6,113 bases of DNA from a virus (lineage: Duplodnaviria > Heunggongvirae > Uroviricota > Caudoviricetes): the IMG/VR virus record IMGVR_UViG_2690316166_000018, one strand, 5' to 3'. A program made the position numbers and the translations under genes. Of this stretch, positions 1-6,113 are shown one piece after another. The notes under the pieces are model-generated. The model did not search any database. It was not told the DNA's origin and worked only from the letters and a program-made list of their open reading frames with translations. The stretch's first letter is position 1. Every line of letters starts with the position of its first letter.

Positions 1-101
1 TTCCTTAGAAATAGGCATCCTTGCTGGAACAAAGCGAGCAGCTATATTGACTCTATGTTGTGAGTGTGTTGATCCGTTCTGAGTTAATACATTTAAGTTG
101 C

Positions 102-1024
102 TCACTCTGTTTCTGCTATCCATTCCGGGATTTTTGCCTCAAGCTCAAGCTGCGTGGTAAAGCCGCTGTTATCAATGGTGTGCTCGGCTTTTGCAATAAT
201 CCAGTCCTGATTATCAATCTCGCTTTTAAATCCTGTTACCGTGCCATGCATTTCGGGGTAGAGTTCTGCACGTCCATGCGCCAGTGTGATGGAGAATGAT
301 GCGGCTCCGCGTTGTAGCTGCTGCCACTTTGCCGCCGCTGCACGTCTTGCTGCCTGCTCGTTCTGATAAGTTTTGCGTAACACAAACACGTTGCCTTCCG
401 CACCTTCCATATAGTCGCCTTCCCGGCTGCTGCTTTTCTCCTTTTTTGGTTTTGACGGTTTGCGGCGTTTCACGCTGACTTTTTTCTTTTTCCCGTAATT
501 AAGATCAAGCCAGTAAGCGCGTACCCCCGTATACGCTTCGCGGTCAGCAATGCGGAACTGATGGCGATCGCCGCTGCTGCGTGTGATGGCGAACGAGGGC
601 AACGGCTGGCCCTGTGCGTTCACGCCACCACCGGGCATGATGAATAACAGATTACCGCTTTTTACCGTGGTGATTGCGCCCAGCATTTCCGCCATGCGCG
701 TAAGGAAGGACATGTCGCTTTCTTCGGTCTGGTCGGCGTGGTCGATTTCGATATCCATCAGCATTTCGCTGATTTGCGGTTTCAGACCATACCGATGAGC
801 GATGGCGGATACCACACGCTCAACGGTCACATCATGCCAGGACACCTCACGTTTAACGTTAAATTCAGCCCGAAAATCTGCGCTTCTGGCTGAAACAGTC
901 AGCCTGTCCGGCGGTCCTTCGTGAGCGATTTCATCAACAATGTAAGTGCCTTTTTCTGTCAGCGGTTCTCCCTTCCAGCCAATGAGAACCGTCAGGCGCG
1001 CGCCCCGTGGCGGTAGCTGCAACT
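102..1024 (-). CDS. D: Phage late control gene D protein (gpD-like baseplate hub / tail protein D), 5'-partial because the N-terminus is masked
   Basis: Minus-strand ORF with TGA stop (complement of 102-104). The 306 visible codons end in ...HTIDNSGFTTQLELEAKIPEWIAETE and contain ...GARLTVLIGWKGEPLTEKG...SWHD...GVRAYW..., which I recognise as the P2 gpD family from memory. The frame stays open up to the mask edge at 1024 (the M in the ORF track is a TTG read as a start), so the true start lies inside 1025-1488. If full length is 350-390 aa like P2 gpD, the start is roughly 1180-1280. Confidence 0.82.
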
Positions 1025-1423
1025 NNNNNNNNNNNNNNNNNNNNNNNNNNNNNNNNNNNNNNNNNNNNNNNNNNNNNNNNNNNNNNNNNNNNNNNNNNNN
1101 NNNNNNNNNNNNNNNNNNNNNNNNNNNNNNNNNNNNNNNNNNNNNNNNNNNNNNNNNNNNNNNNNNNNNNNNNNNNNNNNNNNNNNNNNNNNNNNNNNNN
1201 NNNNNNNNNNNNNNNNNNNNNNNNNNNNNNNNNNNNNNNNNNNNNNNNNNNNNNNNNNNNNNNNNNNNNNNNNNNNNNNNNNNNNNNNNNNNNNNNNNNN
1301 NNNNNNNNNNNNNNNNNNNNNNNNNNNNNNNNNNNNNNNNNNNNNNNNNNNNNNNNNNNNNNNNNNNNNNNNNNNNNNNNNNNNNNNNNNNNNNNNNNNN
1401 NNNNNNNNNNNNNNNNNNNNNNN

Positions 1424-2720
1424 NNNNNNNNNNNNNNNNNNNNNNNNNNNNNNNNNNNNNNNNNNNNNNNNNNNNNNNNNNNNNNNNNTGTTGATTCCAG
1501 CGTTATCGGTATCGTGGCAACGGCGGATGATGCGGACGCGGAGCTGTTCCCGCTGAACAANNNNNNNNNNNNNNNNNNNNNNNNNNNNNNNNNNNNNNNN
1601 NNNNNNNNNNNNNNNNNNNNNNNNNNNNNNNNNNNNNNNNNNNNNNNNNNNNNNNNNNNNNNNNNNNNNNNNNNNNNNNNNNNNNNNNNNNNNNNNNNNN
1701 NNNNNNNNNNNNNNNNNNNNNNNNNNNNNNNNNNNNNNNNNNNNNNNNNNNNNNNNNNNNNNNNNNNNNNNNNNNNNNNNNNNNNNNNNNNNNNNNNNNN
1801 NNNNNNNNNNNNNNNNNNNNNNNNNNNNNNNNNNNNNNNNNNNNNNNNNNNNNNNNNNNNNNNNNNNNNNNNNNNNNNNNNNNNNNNNNNNNNNNNNNNN
1901 NNNNNNNNNNNNNNNNNNNNNNNNNNNNNNNNNNNNNNNNNNNNNNNNNNNNNNNNNNNNNNNNNNNNNNNNNNNNNNNNNNNNNNNNNNNNNNNNNNNN
2001 NNNNNNNNNNNNNNNNNNNNNNNNNNNNNNNNNNNNNNNNNNNNNNNNNNNNNNNNNNNNNNNNNNNNNNNNNNNNNNNNNNNNNNNNNNNNNNNNNNNN
2101 NNNNNNNNNNNNNNNNNNNNNNNNNNNNNNNNNNNNNNNNNNNNNNNNNNNNNNNNNNNNNNNNNNNNNNNNNNNNNNNNNNNNNNNNNNNNNNNNNNNN
2201 NNNNNNNNNNNNNNNNNNNNNNNNNNNNNNNNNNNNNNNNNNNNNNNNNNNNNNNNNNNNNNNNNNNNNNNNNNNNNNNNNNNNNNNNNNNNNNNNNNNN
2301 NNNNNNNNNNNNNNNNNNNNNNNNNNNNNNNNNNNNNNNNNNNNNNNNNNNNNNNNNNNNNNNNNNNNNNNNNNNNNNNNNNNNNNNNNNNNNNNNNNNN
2401 NNNNNNNNNNNNNNNNNNNNNNNNNNNNNNNNNNNNNNNNNNNNNNNNNNNNNNNNNNNNNNNNNNNNNNNNNNNNNNNNNNNNNNNNNNNNNNNNNNAT
2501 CGGTGCCANNNNNNNNNNNNNNNNNNNNNNNNNNNNNNNNNNNNNNNNNNNNNNNNNNNNNNNNNNNNNNNNNNNNNNNNNNNNNNNNNNNNNNNNNNNN
2601 NNNNNNNNNNNNNNNNNNNNNNNNNNNNNNNNNNNNNNNNNNNNNNNNNNNNNNNNNNNNNNNNNNNNNNNNNNNNNNNNNNNNNNNNNNNNNNNNNNNN
2701 NNNNNNNNNNNNNNNNNNNN
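1424..2720 (+). CDS. FI: Contractile tail sheath protein (P2 FI-like); almost entirely masked, span is an estimate
   Basis: Only 1490-1558 is readable in this frame: VDSSVIGIVATADDADAELFPLN, matching the N-terminal motif of P2-type tail sheath proteins (recalled P2 FI region ...AIVGMVCTASDADAETFPLN...). It lies directly upstream of, and in the same frame class as, the tube gene. Start (~1424) and end (~2620-2730) are extrapolated from a ~396-aa P2 FI and are not observed. Confidence 0.5.
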
Positions 2721-2758
2721 NNNNNNNNNNNNNNNNNNNNNNNNNNNNNNNNNNNNNN

Positions 2759-3259
2759 AAACATCTTCGCTTTTTTACGCTGTTTGTGGATGGTGAAAAC
2801 GAAGTGGGTAAGGTGACGTCCGTCACTCTGCCTAAGCTGACGCGCAAAACCGACAGCTACCGGGGTGGTGGCATGATGGGAGCGGTAAGTATTGATCTCG
2901 GCCTGGATGACTCCGCGCTTGATGCGAGCTTTGTCATGGGGGGCGCAGTTCGTGAGCTGTTCCTTAAGTATGGCGGCACGATTGACGGTACGCTGCTGCG
3001 TTTTGCGGGTGAATACTACACCGACGCTGAAAGCGACCTGTATGAAGTCGAAATGCGCGGACGTGTGACGGAAATTGATATGGGGGAAGCCAAACAGGGC
3101 GAAGCCACATCACACACTTACGCCATTAAAAACACCTACTACAAGCTGAGTGTTAACGATCGCCCGTTGTGGGAGATTGACCTGCTGAACTTCATTTACC
3201 GGAAGGACGGCAGGGACATTGTGCCCGATCGCATCCGTTCCGCGCTCGGGCTTGGCTGA
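2759..3259 (+). CDS. FII: Major tail tube protein (P2 FII-like); first few codons masked
   Basis: Readable from the mask edge at 2759 to TGA at 3257-3259 (166 codons). Contains the conserved tube motif ...VTSVTLPKLTRKTDSYRGGGMMGAVSIDLGLDD...EVEMRGR...EIDMGEAKQGE... and ends ...RIRSALGLG. Position between sheath and gpE fits P2 synteny. True start estimated at about 2738-2750 inside the mask. Confidence 0.85.
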   Translation, partial: KHLRFFTLFVDGENEVGKVTSVTLPKLTRKTDSYRGGGMMGAVSIDLGLDDSALDASFVMGGAVRELFLKYGGTIDGTLLRFAGEYYTDAESDLYEVEMRGRVTEIDMGEAKQGEATSHTYAIKNTYYKLSVNDRPLWEIDLLNFIYRKDGRDIVPDRIRSALGLG

Positions 3260-3271
3260 TAAGTAATATGC

Positions 3272-3292
3272 AGGCGGCGCAGTGCGTCGCCT
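3272..3292 (+). other. RNA stem-loop in the FII-E intergenic spacer (9-bp stem including one G-U pair, 3-nt loop)
   Basis: aggcggcgc (3272-3280) pairs with gcgtcgcct (3284-3292), checked position by position. No downstream U-tract, so not a canonical intrinsic terminator. Confidence 0.35.
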
Positions 3293-3300
3293 CTGACTGA

Positions 3301-3306
3301 AAGGAG
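3301..3306 (+). promoter_or_regulatory. Shine-Dalgarno sequence (AAGGAG) for gpE
   Basis: AAGGAG at 3301-3306, 7 nt upstream of the ATG at 3314. Confidence 0.7.
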
Positions 3307-3313
3307 TTTCCTG

Positions 3314-3679
3314 ATGAAAGAGACGAAAAACATCGATACCGAAAACACGGTCGTTGCTGACACTGTGAAAGAAACCAGTGAGCGTGGCGTAAAACTTACC
3401 CAACCAATTGAGCGAGGCGGCGAAAAAATCACGTATGTGGAGATCACCGGGGCTATTGAGCAGGCTGGATCTCTGCGAGATTTGTCGCTGTCTGATGTGC
3501 TGAATTTGAAAGCGGAATCCATGTTTACGCTGCTGTCACGCGTGACATCACCGCGACTGGATGAAGTGACGATCAAAAAAATGGCATCCCGTGACTTTAT
3601 TCAGTTATGTGTGGTTGCCGTAAATTTTTTGAGCGGTGCGGACTCTGGCGAGAAGAACGAACAGGCGACGGAAGCCTGA
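3314..3679 (+). CDS. E: Tail assembly chaperone gpE (P2 E-like), zero-frame product
   Basis: ATG at 3314 with a strong RBS, 121 codons, TGA at 3677-3679. Sits immediately upstream of the tape measure gene and carries a TTTTTTG slippery heptamer near its 3' end, the arrangement conserved for tail chaperone genes upstream of tape measure genes. Confidence 0.85.
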   Translation: MKETKNIDTENTVVADTVKETSERGVKLTQPIERGGEKITYVEITGAIEQAGSLRDLSLSDVLNLKAESMFTLLSRVTSPRLDEVTIKKMASRDFIQLCVVAVNFLSGADSGEKNEQATEA

Positions 3680-3843
3680 TCACGGTTGTGTGCTTTGAGC
3701 ACATAGAAGACTTTGTGGCGGATATTGCCGCCATTTTTAACTGGTCGCCCGCCGAAATCTTCATGATGACGCCCGGCGAAGTGGTTAGCTGGCGTGAGCG
3801 GGCGGCACTTCGCAGCGGGAATGCAGACAATGAAGACTCTTGA
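3314..3843 (+). CDS. E+E': Tail assembly chaperone gpE+E' fusion made by programmed -1 ribosomal frameshift (join 3314..3631, 3631..3843)
   Basis: Zero-frame codons AAT TTT TTG (3623-3631) contain the heptamer T_TTT_TTG. The -1 frame is open from here and reads ...FFERCGLWREERTGDGSLITVVCFEHIEDFVADIAAIFNWSPAEIFMMTPGEVVSWRERAALRSGNADNEDS to TGA at 3841-3843. Same design as P2 E/E' and lambda G/GT. Confidence 0.75.
3625..3631 (+). promoter_or_regulatory. -1 programmed ribosomal frameshift slippery heptamer TTTTTTG (E to E')
   Basis: Seen directly: tttttt g at 3625-3631, in the X_XXY_YYZ register relative to the gpE frame, with an open -1 frame downstream. Confidence 0.75.
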
Positions 3844-6113
3844 TATCCGGGTCGCTTTCAGCGCCGTTGACAGGCTGACCCGGCCTGCCGAAAACGCCCG
3901 CCGCCTGATGGGGCAGTTTGGTGACTCCATCCAGCGAACGCAGGGGGCGATCAAAAATCTCGAGCGTCAGGCGCGTTCATTTGAGCGCGCCCGTGACGCT
4001 GTCAGTAAAGCGGATGCGGGCATCGTGAAAGCACGACGCCAGCTTAACGCCCTTAATCAGTTACAACGCACGGGTACAGTGCTCAGCGAAAAACAACAAA
4101 AGCTGATGCAGCAGTTAAGCACCCGGCTTGAACGCCTGAATGAATCGCGCACACGGGAAATTCAGAAAATGCGGGAACTTGGCGGAGAGCTGAAACGCCA
4201 CGGCATTTCCCTGACAGGCAGCGATAACACCATCCAGCAGGCCATCAGACGCACCGGACAATACAACAACCAGCTTGAACGCGAACGGCGGGCNNNNNNN
4301 NNNNNNNNNNNNNNNNNNNNNNNNNNNNNNNNNNNNNNNNNNNNNNNNNNNNNNNNNNNNNNNNNNNNNNNNNNNNNNNNNNNNNNNNNNNNNNNNNNNN
4401 NNNNNNNNNNNNNNNNNNNNNNNNNNNNNNNNNNNNNNNNNNNNNNNNNNNNNNNNNNNNNNNNNNNNNNNNNNNNNNNNNNNNNNNNNNNNNNNNNNNN
4501 NNNNNNNNNNNNNNNNNNNNNNNNNNNNNNNNNNNNNNNNNNNNNNNNNNNNNNNNNNNNNNNNNNNNNNNNNNNNNNNNNNNNNNNNNNNNNNNNNNNN
4601 NNNNNNNNNNNNNNNNNNNNNNNNNNNNNNNNNNNNNNNNNNNNNNNNNNNNNNNNNNNNNNNNNNNNNNNNNNNNNNNATGGACCTCGGCGAGACGGCG
4701 GATATTGGTTCCAATATCCTGACGCAGTTCGGCCTCTCTGCTGACCAGATGGACCGGGTCGGTGACACACTTACCGCAGCGTTTACCCGTACCAACACTG
4801 ACCTTCGCGCACTGGGCGAAACCATGAAATATGCAGGTCCGGTGGCGGGTAAGCTGGGAATATCGCTGGAGCAGGCCGCAGCGATGGCGGGCGTGCTGGC
4901 GAAGATGGGTATCAGGGGGAGTGATGCAGGTACAGCGTTGCGTAAAAGCCTGGCCAATCTGTCATCACCGCCAAAGGCAGCGGCAGAAGCACTGAAAGAG
5001 CTGGGGGTGTCAGTTGCTGACGCCAAAGGCAAAATGCGCCCGATGGAGAATGTGCTGGCCGATCTCTATAAAGCCACCCGCAAATACGGGGAGGTTGACC
5101 GGGTATCGTTCTTTAAGGACATTGCCGGAGAAGAGGCTTTCACATCATTTATGGGCCTCGTTGATGCGGCAGGTGACGGCTTCTTAGCCAAACTGAGAAA
5201 AGAACTTGAAGGCGCGCGCGGTGAGGCAGAACGCACGGCAAAGGTTATGGCCAATAACCTTGATGGCAACCTGAAATCACTCGGCAGTGCATGGGAAGGT
5301 CTGCGTATTCGCATCAGTGATCTGGTTGACGGTCCGCTGCGTTCTGTCACGCAGTGGCTCNNNNNNNNNNNNNNNNNNNNNNNNNNNNGCTCACGCGGGT
5401 TGTCTCAAAGGTGACGGCGCTGGCGCAGGCCCACCCGGCACTGACGCGCCAGTTACTGATAGCGGGAGGCGCACTGCTGGCGACAACAGCAACGGTTGGT
5501 TCGTTGTCTCTGGTTATTGGGGTGCTTCACGGGANNNNNNNNNNNNNNNNNNNNNNNNNNNNNNNNNNNNNNNNNNNNNNNNNNNNNNNNNNNNNNNNNN
5601 NNNNNNNNNNNNNNNNNNNNNNNNNNNNNNNNNNNNNNNNNNNNNNNNNNNNNNNNNNNNNNNNNNNNNNNNNNNNNNNNNNNNNNNNNNNNNNNNNNNN
5701 NNNNNNNNNNNNNNNNNNNNNNNNNNNNNNNNNNNNNNNNNNNNNNNNNNNNNNNNNNNNNNNNNNNNNNNNNNNNNNNNNNNNNNNNNNNNNNNNNNNN
5801 NNNNNNNNNNNNNNNNNNNNNNNNNNNNNNNNNNNNNNNNNNNNNNNNNNNNNNNNNNNNNNNNNNNNNNNNNNNNNNNNNNNNNNNNNNNNNNNNNNNN
5901 NNNNNNNNNNNNNNNNNNNNNNNNNNNNNNNNNNNNNNNNNNNNNNNNNNNNNNNNNNNNNNNNNNNNNNNNNNNNNNNNNNNNNNNNNNNNNNNNNNNN
6001 NNNNNNNNNNNNNNNNNNNNNNNNNNNNNNNNNNNNNNNNNNNNNNNNTCTGACACCTGCAAAAATGCTACTGGATACGCTGGCGTGGATACTTGAAAAA
6101 CTTGGCGTCCTTC
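3821..6113 (+). CDS. T: Tail tape measure protein (P2 T-like), interrupted by three masked spans and 3'-partial at the window end
   Basis: N-terminal segment (frame of ATG 3821; alternatives ATG 3830 or GTG 3794) is Arg/Gln/Glu/Leu-rich and coiled-coil-like (MQTMKTLDIRVAFSAVDRL...QLNALNQLQRTG...). Central segment 4680-5360 (...ADIGSNILTQFGL...ALGETMKYAGPVAGKLGISLEQAAAMAGVLAKMGIRGSDAGTALRKSLANL...) matches the conserved tape measure core region as I recall it. 5390-5535 encodes a hydrophobic segment (LLIAGGALLATTATVGSLSLVIGVLHG). 6050-6113 is open in the same frame. The start overlaps the end of E'. Confidence 0.85.

Larger units (their letters stand above)
1..6113. mobile_element. Part of a P2-like (Peduovirus-type) prophage or phage-tail-like element: contractile tail gene module (D, FI, FII, E, E+E', T)
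   Basis: Co-occurrence in one window of gpD-like, sheath-like, tube-like, gpE/E' frameshift chaperone and tape measure genes, all with recognisable P2-family sequence features. Element boundaries are not visible. Confidence 0.8.

Noticed and set aside
60-798. Plus-strand ORFs 60-299, 296-478 and 583-798
   Set aside because: They lie antisense to the well-supported gpD coding region, are short and have odd composition (Cys/Ile/Ser-rich). Most likely spurious.
934-3259. Very long ORFs in the six-frame track spanning masked sequence (934-2847 and 992-2764 minus; 946-1494, 1007-3259 and 2503-2796 plus)
   Set aside because: These are open only because N runs translate to X. The real content is separate genes (D N-terminus, sheath, tube). 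Only the readable ends were used.
3272-3292. Hairpin considered as a Rho-independent terminator between FII and E
   Set aside because: No U-rich tract follows the stem, and downstream genes of the same tail operon must be transcribed. Kept only as a possible processing or attenuating structure.
3607-3843. ORF 3607-3843 as an independent gene starting at ATG 3607
   Set aside because: It sits entirely in the -1 frame of the gpE 3' end with the slippery heptamer at its 5' side, so it is better explained as the E' frameshift extension.
3110-3954. Minus-strand ORFs 3110-3403, 3196-3576, 3597-3830 and 3601-3954
   Set aside because: Antisense to the tube, gpE and tape measure genes, with no RBS-like context and Arg/Ser-rich composition typical of antisense frames.
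4115-5350. Minus-strand ORFs 4115-5032 and 5066-5350 antisense to the tape measure gene
   Set aside because: Antisense to a strongly supported coding frame, Ala/Ser/Pro/Arg-rich as expected for a non-coding frame, and partly inflated by masked N.
4162-6096. ORFs 4162-4770 (-), 5287-6096 (+), 5496-6053 (+) and 5514-6062 (-) crossing masked spans
   Set aside because: Artefacts of masked N stretches. Readable parts are out of frame with or antisense to the tape measure coding frame and show no protein-like features.
1-6113. Search for CRISPR repeats, tRNA, integrase, toxin-antitoxin or defence-system genes
   Set aside because: No direct repeat arrays, tRNA-like structures or recognisable non-structural protein genes appear in the unmasked sequence. 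All readable coding capacity is accounted for by tail structural genes.

Overview
About 42% of this 6113-nt window is N-masked (1025-1488, 1561-2498, 2509-2758, 4294-4679, 5361-5388, 5536-6048), so everything below rests on the readable islands only. The readable sequence is a P2-like (Peduovirus-type) contractile-tail module from a prophage or tailocin-like element, probably in an enterobacterial host. On the minus strand there is a 5'-masked gpD-like baseplate hub / late control D protein gene (102-1024+). On the plus strand there is a tail sheath FI-like gene (only a 23-codon N-terminal island is visible at 1490-1558), the tail tube FII-like gene (2759-3259), the tail assembly chaperone gpE (3314-3679) with its -1 frameshift extension E' (slippery TTTTTTG at 3625-3631, stop at 3843), and the tape measure protein T (from about 3821, running off the window end). 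No tRNA, rRNA, CRISPR array, integrase or recognisable defence or toxin gene is visible in unmasked sequence. The unusual points are the divergent D / FI arrangement (canonical P2 order is FI-FII-E-E'-T-U-D on one strand), reading-frame discontinuities of the tape measure gene across two masked spans, and the fact that the divergent D/FI control region is entirely masked. I cannot demonstrate a novel system from the visible sequence; if one exists it lies in masked sequence or outside the window. All protein-family calls come from my recall of P2 family proteins and motifs, not from a database search.
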